From Vulgatibacter incomptus (GTDB lineage Bacteria; Myxococcota; Myxococcia; Myxococcales; Vulgatibacteraceae): 64,000 nucleotides of DNA. Shown in pieces: positions 39,823 to 52,681 of this stretch. How positions within the stretch are numbered: position 1 is the first letter of the stretch; every line of letters begins with the position of its first letter. A program made the position numbers and the translations under genes. The DNA lies in NCBI RefSeq assembly GCF_001263175.1, contig NZ_CP012332.1, positions 3,614,220 to 3,678,219 of the forward strand, read 5' to 3'. A model generated the notes under the pieces. It was not told the origin of the DNA. It saw nothing but the letters and a program-made list of their open reading frames with translations, and did not search any database.

Positions 39823-40265
39823 AGCCCTTGCGCCGGGAACCTACCTCTCCTCTAACCTCTGCCGAATCAACTTGGACGCCCGAGCGGTGATCGCGGGCGC
39901 CTTTCGCTGTTCTTGACCCGCGCCACCGTCTCCGAAAGGTTCAACGGAGCTCGGAATCCAAAAAACGAATCACTCACGGCGTTAGGCGACAGTTGGATTT
40001 GGCCGGTCGATTACCGCGAGGTTCAACGGCGAGAGCCTCGTTCAGGTTCTCGCCGGGGCGCTCGCGTAGGCGCGTCCTCGGTTACGTCCCACTGTGCACG
40101 AGAGGTGCACGCCCCGGCAATCGGGTTCGCTTGTGGCCTGGTGGATCGGCCTTCCCCTGTGATGACTTCACGTGGCATGTGTAGAGGGCCGATGCCCTTC
40201 GACCAACCCACCGACGCGATGCCCCTTCAAGGCTCCGCGCACCCGCGTGCTGTGGAGGATTCGCC

Positions 40266-42058
40266 ATGAACCGCGAGGAGTGGGAGATCCTTCGCGAGGG
40301 GTGGGCCTTCGAGGCGAAGCTCGCGCAGGGCCGTGATGGTCGCGGCGAGTTGCCGGCGTCGTTCTGGGAGACCTACAGCGCGTTCGCGAATACCGACGGC
40401 GGCGTCATCGTGCTCGGCGCTGCCGAGCGCAACGACGGCTCGCTCGAGGTGCGCGGCATCGCCGACCTCGACAAGGTCGAGCGCGAGCTGTGGAACAACC
40501 TTCAAAATCCGCAGAAGGTGAGCGCCAACCTGCTCACTTCGTCGAGCGTTACGCGCGAGGAGTTGGACGGGCATCAGCTCCTCGTCGTTCGAGTCCCGAA
40601 GACCACGCGCACCGCGCGTCCCGTGCACCTGAACGGATCGCTTGAGCGATCGTACCAGCGCGTTCACGAGGGTGATCGCCGCATGCGACCCGAAGTGGCG
40701 CGTCGCAGGTCGCCGACTCGATCGTCGATCGAGACTCGACCGTCGTCGAGCACTTCACAGAAGCTGACTTCGATCGTGAAAGCGTGCGTCGCTACCGCAG
40801 CCTCTTCGCGTCGAAGCGCCCCGAGCACCCGTTCGTCACCGAGGACGACACCGGCTTTCTCCGGCAGATCGGGGCGCTCAAGGCGGTACGCGGTCGGACC
40901 GATTTGGGCCTGACGCTCGGCGGGCTGCTGGTACTCGGCCGCGAACTTTCTATCCGCGAACGCTTTCCGCATTGGCACCTCAGCTACCGCGAGCTGCCGG
41001 CCGAGGTGGGCACGGATCTGCGGTGGGTAGATCGCGTCTCGTCGGACGGCTCGTGGACCGCCAACCTCTTCGAGTTCTACACGCGCGCGGTGCTCAAGCT
41101 CTACGAGGGGCTCAAGGTTCCCTTCGCGCTCGAGGGCGGGCAGTTCCGCGTCGACGAGACGCCTGCACACAAGGCGGTGCGCGAGGCATTGGTCAACACG
41201 CTGATTCACGCCGACTACGAAGGGCGCTCGGGCATCCGAGTGTTGCGCGATCCCGCTGGCTTCGAGTTCATCAACCCGGGCCTCCTGCTCGTGACGCCCG
41301 ACCAGGTTTGGAAGGGCGGCGTGAGCGAGCCACGCAACCCGCTCGTGCAACGCCTTTTCGGCTTCTTGCAGCTCGGCGAGCGCGAGGGCTCGGGTGGCCC
41401 TGCGATCCTGCGCGCGTGGTCGGAGCAGCACTGGCGCACGCCAGAGCTCGTCGAGGACGTCGAGAACTCCGAGCTTCACCTGAAGCTGCGGCTCGTGAGT
41501 CTCCTTCCGGAGGCGTCGATCGACGCCGTGCGCGCTGCGGTAGGAGCCGCCTTCGAGGCGCAGGATGAACTCGGCCGGGTCGCGCTCGTCACCGCTCACG
41601 CCGAGAACGGCGTGATGCACGCGCGCATCGCCGGGCTCACGACGGCGCATCCGCGCGACATCACGATCAAGCTCCAGGAACTGGTCCGCAAGGGGCTACT
41701 CGTCGCCAGCGGGCCTGCCCGGACGAGGCGCTACGCCCTCCCGGTAGGCACCGTGGAAAGCTCCGAGGAAAGTTCGCAGGGCTCCGAGGAAACCTCCGAG
41801 GAAAGCTCGGCAGGCACCGAGGAAACCCGTGGCTGGAGGGCCATGTCCGACCAGCTCGACGCGGTAGTGGTGTTCTGCACCCCAGCTTGGAGGACGCTCC
41901 CCGAGATCGCCACTGAGCTCGGCCGTCAGCCTAGCACCGTCCGCACGATGTACTTGAGGCCGCTGCTCGGACGCGGCGCGCTGGTCCGCAAGTACCCTGA
42001 CAACCCGCGTCACCCGCATCAGGCCTACCGAGCTGCGAACGCGAATGAGCCGACGTGA
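40266..42058 (+). pseudogene. AlbA_2 (Schlafen-like) plus HATPase_c_4 plus C-terminal HTH putative regulator (RecG-like 'ATP-binding protein'), frameshifted near nt 40700
   Basis: The N-part in frame 0 reads 'FWETYSAFANTDGGVIVLG'. After about 40700 the protein continues in frame 2 ('...ADSIVDRDSTVVEHFTEADFDRESVRRY... ALVNTLIHADYEGRSGIRV'). The C-terminus has a wHTH. Confidence 0.6.
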
Positions 42059-42444
42059 CGGCCGCACCTCCAGGACCGCGCTTGCCGCGTCTCGTGATTG
42101 GATGCCGACGGAGGCGACCAAGCGGTTGCTCGGGAGAACTGCGGCGGCGCTCGTGGTGAAGATGACCGCGTCCGCGTGCCCGATTTCGATCGCTCTTCGC
42201 TGGGCGCGATCCTCGACGGCTGGCTGAGCGGCCCGCCTAGTCGAGCCGCTGATCCCGCGGACGGGAGATCTTTGAGGACCTAGAACATCAACCTCGAAGC
42301 CTACATGGGCGACGCTCTCCGCGTCCTCGAAGGATCGGTACCTCGAGCTTGCTCCGAAATACTGGCGCGACCGCCTGCCGCCCTTTGGGATCTTGTCCCC
42401 GCCGGGTAATCTGTGCCCGCCCCAACCGCCCGGAGGCCGTCCGC

Positions 42445-43962
42445 TTGAACCCCGCCTCGCCCCCCTTGCGCCTGTTCGATCAGGTTCAGGCCTTTCAGTA
42501 CGTCGTGGCGGAGAAGGCCCCGATTTACCGGGCGATCGTCCAGGTCTTCTCCGAGGCCCGGCACCACTACGTCATCGAACTGCGACCGGCCGAGGTGCTC
42601 GACCGGATTCGCGCCGCCGGGATCTTCGTCGCGCTCGGGCCGGACGAGACGCTCGACTACTACCTCGACATGCTCGTGAAATGGGGCAACCTCGCCTCGG
42701 CGCAAGACTCAGCGACCGTGACGAGGCTCGAGGACTTCTATCGCAAGCGACTCCTCTATCGGCTGACGCCAGCGGGAGAGGCGGCACATCGAGCGGTCGC
42801 AGAGGTCGAAGATGCGATCGGCCGCTCGGGTAGGCTCCAGGCTTCGATGCTCGTCAAGATCCGCGACGAGCTCCGCGAGCTCACAGGTGACCGTGAGCCA
42901 TCGGAGCTGGTCGTCGGCCTCCACGACCTGAACGCGGCGTTCGAATCGCTCACGGAGGAGGCAAACCGATTCATCGGTGACCTCGATCGGCCAACTGGGG
43001 CCAAGCGGATGGACGAAGAGCGCTTCACCTTCTACAAGCGGGCGCTCCTCGCGTACATCCACCGCTTCGTTGGCCAGCTCCGACTCCTGGGAGACGAAAT
43101 CCGCGCGTTGATCGATGGGATCGACGCTGAGGCGCTGATCGATCGCGCGCTGCCCGGTGCCGAGCTCCCGCCGGCACGGGACGACGCGGATCCACGGGCG
43201 GACTGGCGCGCGGAGTGGCTGGCGCGGTGGACGGGGATCCGCGCATGGTTCGTGGGCACCGCCAGCTCGATGCCGACCGTGGAGCGGCTCGCGGCCGTCG
43301 CGGTCGAGGCGGTCCTGGGCCTCACGCGCTCGCTGGGTCGGCTGAGCGGCGCGAGCGCCCGCTCGATGGATCGCGCCGCGGACTTCCGCGTCCTTGCGCA
43401 CTGGTTCGGCCGTTGCCCTGACGATCGCGCGGCGCACGGCCTCTGGCACGCGGCGTTCGGCCTCTCGACGGGGCGACACTTCCACCTCGAGTCCAACGTC
43501 GAAGGCGCGCCATCCTGGTGGGATGCGGCCCCAGTTGAGGTCCCGGTGCGGCTGCGCGAGCGGGGCCAGGTCGCCGTCGCCACCGGCCGGGCGGGCGCGA
43601 TCCCGGACTACAGCGCGGCGCGGCAGTGGCTGGAGCAGAAGCGCAGGCAGGAGCGGGCGCAGCTCGACGCGGCGATCCGCCGGCTCTCGGGCGAGTTCGA
43701 GCTGCGGGACGTCGGGCGCCTCGACCCCGCCGAGTTCGATCTCTTCCTCGCCCTCCTCGATCAGGCGCTCGCCGCCCCGAAGGAGGGCGACGGCTCGCAG
43801 TCGGCCCGCACGATCGACGGGCGCGTCAGGATCCGCCTGACGCCGCCAAAGGATGACGAGCTCGTGGTCCTCGAGGCGCCGGGAGGCCGACTATGGTGCC
43901 GCAACCACCACCTCGAGGTGTCCGCCGTCGAGGGCGCGGCCTGGCGCTCGGAGGCCCGATGA
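42445..43962 (+). CDS. jetA: Wadjet type II JetA-like protein (TIGR02677/DUF2397-type), first gene of a four-gene operon
   Basis: GGAGG RBS plus TTG start. It is about 505 aa. Its stop overlaps the next start (ATGA). Position and size fit the conserved TIGR02677-78-80-79 neighbourhood. Family assignment is by context and was not verified by search. Confidence 0.6.
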   Translation: MNPASPPLRLFDQVQAFQYVVAEKAPIYRAIVQVFSEARHHYVIELRPAEVLDRIRAAGIFVALGPDETLDYYLDMLVKWGNLASAQDSATVTRLEDFYRKRLLYRLTPAGEAAHRAVAEVEDAIGRSGRLQASMLVKIRDELRELTGDREPSELVVGLHDLNAAFESLTEEANRFIGDLDRPTGAKRMDEERFTFYKRALLAYIHRFVGQLRLLGDEIRALIDGIDAEALIDRALPGAELPPARDDADPRADWRAEWLARWTGIRAWFVGTASSMPTVERLAAVAVEAVLGLTRSLGRLSGASARSMDRAADFRVLAHWFGRCPDDRAAHGLWHAAFGLSTGRHFHLESNVEGAPSWWDAAPVEVPVRLRERGQVAVATGRAGAIPDYSAARQWLEQKRRQERAQLDAAIRRLSGEFELRDVGRLDPAEFDLFLALLDQALAAPKEGDGSQSARTIDGRVRIRLTPPKDDELVVLEAPGGRLWCRNHHLEVSAVEGAAWRSEAR

Positions 43963-45140
43963 GCCGCCTCGTCCAGGTGCTCGAGGACGACGAGCGCGCA
44001 CAGCGCGTCGCGGCGATCCGCGCCCTGCTCGCGTCGCCCCTCCTGTCGGCCTCGAGCGACCCGGAGATCTTCCGAACCGTCGTCCGGCAACGCGCGTACC
44101 TGACCGAATGGTTCGCGAGCCATCCGGGCTGGCGGCTGGTGATCGATCCCTCCGGCGGCTACGCGCGCCTCCACAAGGTCCCCGGGCGCAGCGACACGAC
44201 GAAGCCGGCCCGCCGGGCCGACGGTACGCCGTTCGATCGCCGGCGCTACGCGCTCCTGTGCCTCACGCTCGCGGCGCTCGACGACGCGCCGGTGCAGACC
44301 ACCGTCGGCCGTATCGCCGCCCTCGTCGAGGAAGCCAGCGCGGACGACGAGGAAGGGGTCGCCTTCGATCCTTCGCTCGCCGCTGAGCGGCGGGCCTTCG
44401 TCGACGCCCTGCGGCTGCTCGTCTCGCTGGGCGTCCTGCGCGTGCGGGACGGAGACGCCGATCGCTACGCGCATACGCGGGAGGGAGACGCTCTCCTCGA
44501 CGTAAACGAGCGCGTGCTCGGCCAACTCCTTGCGGCGCCGATCCCTCCGGTCTTCGCCGGGACCCCGGAGGGCATGCTGGACGAGCAGCTCCCGGACACG
44601 GACGAGGGCCAGCGGCTCTCGGCCCGCTACCGGGTGATCCGCCGCCTGCTCGAGGATCCCGTGCTCTACTACGACGACCTCGACGCGCGCGCGTTCGACT
44701 GGCTCGATCATTCCCGTGGCTTTCTCTACGCCCTCCTCGAGGACGACGTCGGGATGCCGATCGAGCGCCGCAGGGAGGGCCTCGCCGCCATCGATCCGGA
44801 GGGCCTCGTTACGGACGAGCGCTTCCCCGACGGCGGCTCCACCGTCCGGCACGCGGCGCTCCTCCTCGCGTCCCACTTGGCGAAGCAGGGGGAGCGGGAC
44901 GTGGCCGTGGAGCGCGGAGCGCTCGTCGAGGTCGTCACCGCGCTTCAGGCCGATCATTCCGAGCGCTGGAGCAAGCAGTACTCCGCCGACGAGCAGGGGG
45001 CGGCGCAGCTCTGCGAGGAGGCCGTCGCGTTGCTCGAGGCCTTCGGTCTGGTGCGGCACGAAGGCGATGGGCGCCTCCGCGTCCGGCCGGCCGTCGCGCG
45101 CTTCTCGCCCGGCGAGCCGAAGAAAAAGAGGGCACGATGA
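43959..45140 (+). CDS. jetB: Wadjet type II JetB-like protein (TIGR02678/DUF2398-type)
   Basis: 393 aa. There are ATGA overlaps at both ends. It is acidic, as kleisin/MukE-like subunits are. Confidence 0.6.
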   Translation: MSRLVQVLEDDERAQRVAAIRALLASPLLSASSDPEIFRTVVRQRAYLTEWFASHPGWRLVIDPSGGYARLHKVPGRSDTTKPARRADGTPFDRRRYALLCLTLAALDDAPVQTTVGRIAALVEEASADDEEGVAFDPSLAAERRAFVDALRLLVSLGVLRVRDGDADRYAHTREGDALLDVNERVLGQLLAAPIPPVFAGTPEGMLDEQLPDTDEGQRLSARYRVIRRLLEDPVLYYDDLDARAFDWLDHSRGFLYALLEDDVGMPIERRREGLAAIDPEGLVTDERFPDGGSTVRHAALLLASHLAKQGERDVAVERGALVEVVTALQADHSERWSKQYSADEQGAAQLCEEAVALLEAFGLVRHEGDGRLRVRPAVARFSPGEPKKKRAR

Positions 45141-48100
45141 AAGTCCCGCTCGACCTCCCCGTCGCAAGCACCGGACGCTGGCAGCTCCTGCGCGCCGGCA
45201 TCCAGAACCTCTGGGAGTACGACGACCAGCGCTTCGTCTTCCACCGGGGCCGGCTCCTCCTCCGCGGACAGAACGAGTCCGGCAAGACGAAGGCCCTCGA
45301 GGTCCTCCTCCCCTTCCTCCTCGACGCAAACCTGCAGCCGAGCCGCCTTGATCCCTTCGGCAGCACGTCCCGCTCCATGCGCTGGAACTTGATCGGCGAC
45401 TGGAACCCGGAGGCGAACACCTCGATCGGTTACGTCTGGCTGGAGCTGGGGCGGGTCGAGAACGGCGAGACCCGATACTGCACCGTCGGCGCCGGGCTGC
45501 GGGCCCGGCGGGCCTCCACCGACACCGACGCCTGGTACTTCCGAACCTCTCAGCGGATCGACGTGGACCTGCTCCTGGTGGAAGACCGGCTCCCCCTCGA
45601 GCGCCCCGCCCTCACCAAGGCGATCGACGCACGCGGCCAAGTCTACCAACAGGCTGCCGAGTACCGGCGCGCCGTGAACGACGAGATCTTCGGCATGGAG
45701 GAGGAGCAGTACGGGTCGTTGATCGACGCGCTCTTGCAGCTCCGGCGCCCGCAGCTCTCGAAGAAGCTGGATCCCGAGGAGCTCTCGCAGATCCTCTCGG
45801 CGAGCTTGCCACCCCTCGATCGCACCGTCGTCGCGTCCCTCGCCGAAGGCTTCGAGCGGCTCGATAAGCACCGACTGGAGCGGGACGACGTCTCCGCCAC
45901 CCTCCAGACGTTGCGCCGCTTCCGGAAGGTCTACGAACGCTACGTCGCCTCCGCGGTGAAGGCCGCGGCGAAGGATTTGACGACCGGCGAGAGCTCCTAT
46001 CACATAGCCCGGGAGTCCCTGCGCAAGGCCGAGGAGGAGCTGGAGGCGCTCTACGGCGAGAGGAAGGCACTCGCCGGGGAGATCGCCGCGCTCGACGCAG
46101 AGCGACAAGAGCTCGCCGCCCGGCTGGCGGCCCTGCGCTCTTCCGACGGGTTTCGCGCGGTCGAGCATCTCGCGGATGCGGAGAGGCTGGCCCAGCAGGA
46201 GGAGACGCGGGCCCAGCGCGAAGGGGTCCTCGCGGCGAAGGACCGCGAGGCGGAACGCGTCGCCACGGCGCGGCTGGGCGAGGCCGAGAAGGAGAGGGTG
46301 GACCAGGGGAAGCGGGCGGAGGCCGCGCGGCGGAGCACGGCCCGGGCTGCAGAGGATGCATCCCTCGGCCAGGATCACGCCGGGATCGACGAGCTGTTCG
46401 ATCGGGGCGAGCTCGAGGCGGCGGCGAGCGCGATTGAGAGCTTGCACGGACGGCGCGAGCAGCACCTCGCCCGTCTGCGCAAGCTCGAGGACGCGGCACT
46501 GGATGCGCGCAAGCGCCGTGACCGCGCAGCGCAGGCGTTTAGCGACGCAACGGATCGTGCGGCGGATTTCCGCGACAGGCTCGACCGGGCGGAGAAGCAG
46601 GCGCAGGCGGTTCGTTCCGAGCTGGAAGATTCGATCGGGCGCTGGTCGCGAGGGCTACGGGTGCTCCTCCTCGACCCCGACGACGTGCGCGAACTCGCGC
46701 CCCTCGAGACGCCGGAGCGGGTGAGGCGCGCCGAGGAGGCCACGCGCAAAGCCCTCGGCGACCACCTGACGGCCGCGAGGCTCGAGCTCGAGAAGGTGAA
46801 AGAGGAGCTCGAAGATCGACGACGCGAGCACGACGAGCTGGCGGCCCTCACCCACCGGCCTCCGTCGGCGCCCGCGTGGAGGGCCCCGCGCCCGACCGAC
46901 AGGCCCGGCGCGCCGCTGTACCTGCTCTGCGACTTCGACGACGGCGTCGACGAGACGGTCCGGGGCGCGATCGAAGGCGCGCTCGAGGCGGCCGGCCTCC
47001 TCGACGCCTGGGTCGAGCCTTCCGGAGGTCTGCTGGACGCCGACACCTTCGACCTCGTGCTCTCACCCGCGCCGCTCGAAGGCAGAACCCTTCTCGACGT
47101 CCTCCGTCCGATGGAGGGTCCCGTTCCGGCGCCGGTGGTGGAAACCCTCCTGAGCTCGATCGCGCTTACGGACGACGGGCCCGGCGGAGAAGAGAGCTGA
47201 GTCTCCACGAACGGCCGCTTCGCGCTCGGACCGCTCCACGGCACCAACCGCAAGGCAACTCCGGAGCTCATCGGCACTACGGCGCGCGAGCGGGCGCGAA
47301 AGCGGCGCCTCGCCGAGCTCAAAGCGGCCATCGGGGGACTGGAGGAGAGCCGCGCCTCCAGAGCGCTGATCGTCGACGGGATCGAGGGCAGGCAGCGGCT
47401 CCTCGGTGAGGAGCTGCGCTCGTTCCCCGAGCTGCAGCCGCTGCACACGGCCCTCGCGAAGGCGGCGGCCGAAGCGCAGAACCTGCAGCGGGAGCGGGCG
47501 CAGGTCGAACAGGCGGCGGTCGAGAGCAAACGTGCCGAGACCGCGGAGGACGCTGCGCGGGAGGCGCTGCGGGCCGAGGGCGCGAAGCTCGAGCTCCGCG
47601 ACTGGGTGGACCGGCTCGGAGATCTAGGGCGTCTGACCGGCACGTGGGCGGTCCGCGCCAGGGAGGCGCTCGAGGCGTCGAGGCGCCTCGCGGACAGGCT
47701 GGCCACACTCGAAGAGCGGGAGGCGACGCGGGCGGCAGCGGCAAGCCGGGCGGACGAGTCCGCGGCGCGAGCGGCCTCTTGCGCGGACGAGGCGCGAGCG
47801 CTCCGCGCGACAGCGAGCGCGCTCCGCGATGCGCTGGGTGCCACCAGAGACGAGCTCCTCGAAGAGATCCGGCGGTCGGAGCGGCGGTCGAAAGAGGCCC
47901 GCGAGGAGCGCGAAGACCGCGCGGCTCGCGAAAAGGAGCTCATCGAGCGGGTCGGAGCCGGCAGCGCGACGGTTCAAGAGCGAACCGGCCGCGTTTCGGA
48001 GCAAGACGCGAAAAGGCGAACGGCCGAGCTGGTTTTTCGTGGGGTCGCCGAGCGCGGGCTCCTCGCCTTCGTCGGCGTGGAACCGGAGCGAGCGGCCGAG

Positions 48101-49126
48101 GCGTGGAGCTACACCGACGTGCTTCAGCTTGCGCGCCGGGCCGACGAGGCGACCGGATCGATCGACTGCTCACCCGACGCGAGGGATCGGGCGCGGGACC
48201 GGGTGGGCGACGCGCAGACCGACCTGACCCGGGGGATGCGGGGCGAAATCCGGATCCAGGGCCGGCAGATCGCCGGGATCCTGGAGTACACGGCGATCTG
48301 GGCCGGCCGCACCCAGGGGGTGCTCGAGCTGGAGCGCAACCTGGACGCAGACGTGCGGAGCCGGGACGAGCTGCTCGGGAAAGAGGAGAACGAGATCTTC
48401 GAGGCCTTCCTCTCGGGGGAGACGCACACCCACCTGCGAAACAGGCTCCGCGAGGCGAGCGCGCTCGTGAAGCGGATGAACGACCAGCTCGCCGCGCGCC
48501 CCACCTCCTCGGGCATGCGCATGCGCCTCAAGTGGGAGCCCGGCGAGGAGTCGCCCACGGGGACGAGGGAGGCGATTGATTTGCTCCTCCGCGCAAATCA
48601 CCTCCTCTCCGAGGCCGACCGGACCGCGCTGCGCACTTTTCTCCAGCAGCGCCTCGCGGAGGCGCGGGAGAACGACGGCGCCGGATCCCTCGAGGAGCGA
48701 ATGATGCTCGTGCTCGACTACCGCGGGTGGTTTCAATTTCGAGCGGACTTCTGCGACGCGGTCGGGACCTGGACCCGGCTCAGTCGGAAGACGCACGGCG
48801 CCGGCTCCGGCGGGCAGAAGGCGGTGATGCTGCACCTGCCGCTCTTCGCCGCCGCGGCAGCCTTCTTCGAGTCAGCGGCGAAGACCTCCCTGCGGTTGAT
48901 CGCGCTCGACGAGGCCTTCGCCGGCATCGACCGCCCGACCCGCGGTCAGCTCATGGGCCTCCTGGCTGAGTTCGACCTCGACTTCGTGATGACGTCCTTC
49001 GAGGAGTGGGGCTTCTTCCCACAGCTCGATGGCATCGCCACCTATCACTTGGCGCGGGAGAGGGGAATGCGTGGCGTGTACGCGGAGCGGTTCGTCTGGG
49101 ACGGCACGGAGCCGAGGCGGGCTTGA
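45137..49126 (+). pseudogene. jetC: Wadjet JetC-like SMC-family ATPase (TIGR02680-type), 1329 codons, interrupted by an in-frame TGA at 47198-47200
   Basis: N-terminal Walker A 'LLLRGQNESGKTKALEVLLPFLLD'. The middle is very long Arg/Glu/Ala coiled coil. The C-terminus has 'LRLIALDEAFAGID' (Walker B/D-loop). The same reading frame stays open on both sides of the TGA. Confidence 0.65.
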
Positions 49127-50373
49127 GCGCAGACAGGGAGAAGATCCGGACCCTCCTCGGAGGGCCGCGCTACGAAACGCTTTTCCGAGAGGCCCGCAAG
49201 CGCCGCGAGGAGGACGGCCGCGAGGCGCGGGCGTTCACGCTCCGGCGCGCGAACGTTGACGAGCGGAGGGCCGCCGCCGATCTCTTCGGGTGGCCCCTCG
49301 TGCCTAACGGGACCATCCGGATCTCCCTCGATGAGCTCGATCGGCAGCTTCGCGCGAGTGCCGTCGAAGCCGGGCTCGACGAGGTGCTCGAGGCCCTTGG
49401 AGGCCCGCTCGTCAATCGGCGCGCGCTGCGGGCCGCGACCGCGATCGAGCGGGAGCTGCTCTGGGAGGGAGCCGCGCGAGCGGTCGGGGAGCGGCCGGAG
49501 CTACGGGCGTGGCTCGACGACCTTCGGAGACACGGTCTCGTGTCGCGAGCGGCGCACGCCTTGAGCGTGGGCGAAGAGGTTGTGCTCGAGCGAGCGATCG
49601 CCGCCGCATCTCGGCTACCCGCGTCGGGCCTCGCCCTTGCTGTGCTCGCGGCGGAGACCACGGGGGACGCTCACGCGCTCGACGCCGGAAGCCCTCTTGG
49701 CGGACTCGTTCTGCGAGCCGCGGCCCGCATCGCCGGCTGGCACGAGCCGCCGTCCACTGCAGCGCCCAGACGTGCCCTCTGGGGCGAGGTCGGCATCGTC
49801 TGCGATCCCCTCTCGGCGCAGGTTCTCGTCCTCGGCCTGTGCCTGCAGGGCGAGGGGAGGCTCTCGCGCCGGTTGCGGGACGCCGCGCTCGACGGGGAGC
49901 CCCAGCGTCTCACGCTCCGCGAGATTGGCGGTCGGGATCTTCGGCCGGATCCGGCGGGCGAGATTTTCGTCTGCGAGAACCCGAGCGTCGTCGCCGCGGC
50001 GGCCGATCGTCTGGGCGCTCGCAGTGGGCCCCTCGTGTGCACCGAAGGCGTCCCCTCCACCGCCGCCCTGGGCCTGTTGCGCGAGCTCGCCCGCGGCGGC
50101 GCAAGGCTGCGGGTCCGGGGAGACTTCGACTGGGCCGGCCTTCGAATCGGCGGGCAGGTACTCCGGGAGGCGGGAGGCCAGCCCTGGCGCTTCTGCGCCG
50201 ACGATTACCTGGCCAGCCTCGGCACCGGCGCCGGCCGCGAGCTCGAGGGCGCTGCGGGCGCCTCGCCCTGGGACCCGGCCCTGGCGAGCGCTATGGCGCG
50301 GCACGGCACGGCAGTGTACGAGGAGCAGCTCCTCGACCTCCTGCTCCGGGATTTAGAGGTCGGCTCGTCGTAA
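49123..50373 (+). CDS. jetD: Wadjet JetD-like protein (TIGR02679/DUF2399) with a C-terminal Toprim-like domain
   Basis: A TTGA overlap with the jetC stop. 'IFVCENPSVV' (Toprim Glu) and 'VRGDFDWAGLRIGGQV' (DxD) fit a topo-VI-like Toprim. Confidence 0.6.
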   Translation: MSADREKIRTLLGGPRYETLFREARKRREEDGREARAFTLRRANVDERRAAADLFGWPLVPNGTIRISLDELDRQLRASAVEAGLDEVLEALGGPLVNRRALRAATAIERELLWEGAARAVGERPELRAWLDDLRRHGLVSRAAHALSVGEEVVLERAIAAASRLPASGLALAVLAAETTGDAHALDAGSPLGGLVLRAAARIAGWHEPPSTAAPRRALWGEVGIVCDPLSAQVLVLGLCLQGEGRLSRRLRDAALDGEPQRLTLREIGGRDLRPDPAGEIFVCENPSVVAAAADRLGARSGPLVCTEGVPSTAALGLLRELARGGARLRVRGDFDWAGLRIGGQVLREAGGQPWRFCADDYLASLGTGAGRELEGAAGASPWDPALASAMARHGTAVYEEQLLDLLLRDLEVGSS

Positions 50374-50440
50374 CTAATGCACGAGCCCGGCTGCCCGGGC
50401 GCGACTCGCCGTGCCGCGGAGGCCGTCGGTGCGCTAGTAG

Positions 50441-52572
<2,132 letters not shown>

Positions 52573-52681
52573 AGTGACCTCGACTGAACGTTTGCATCAA
52601 AGGCTCAACCACGAGCGTCGTCATTGTCAAGGGCTGGAGCGTCAGGATGATCGAGAGGGCTCCCGGTGAGCGATAAGCCGA

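Noticed and set aside
47198-47200. The in-frame TGA in jetC as a selenocysteine codon
   Set aside because: No SECIS-like hairpin is evident immediately downstream. The context is a coiled-coil region of an SMC ATPase, where Sec is not expected. A nonsense mutation or sequencing error is far more likely.
43761-47943. Several 500-aa minus-strand ORFs (43761-45329, 44954-46465, 46375-47943) and the + ORF 45612-46499
   Set aside because: They overlap the jetB/jetC coding frames. They have extreme Arg/Pro/Ser content, typical of GC3-driven shadow ORFs.
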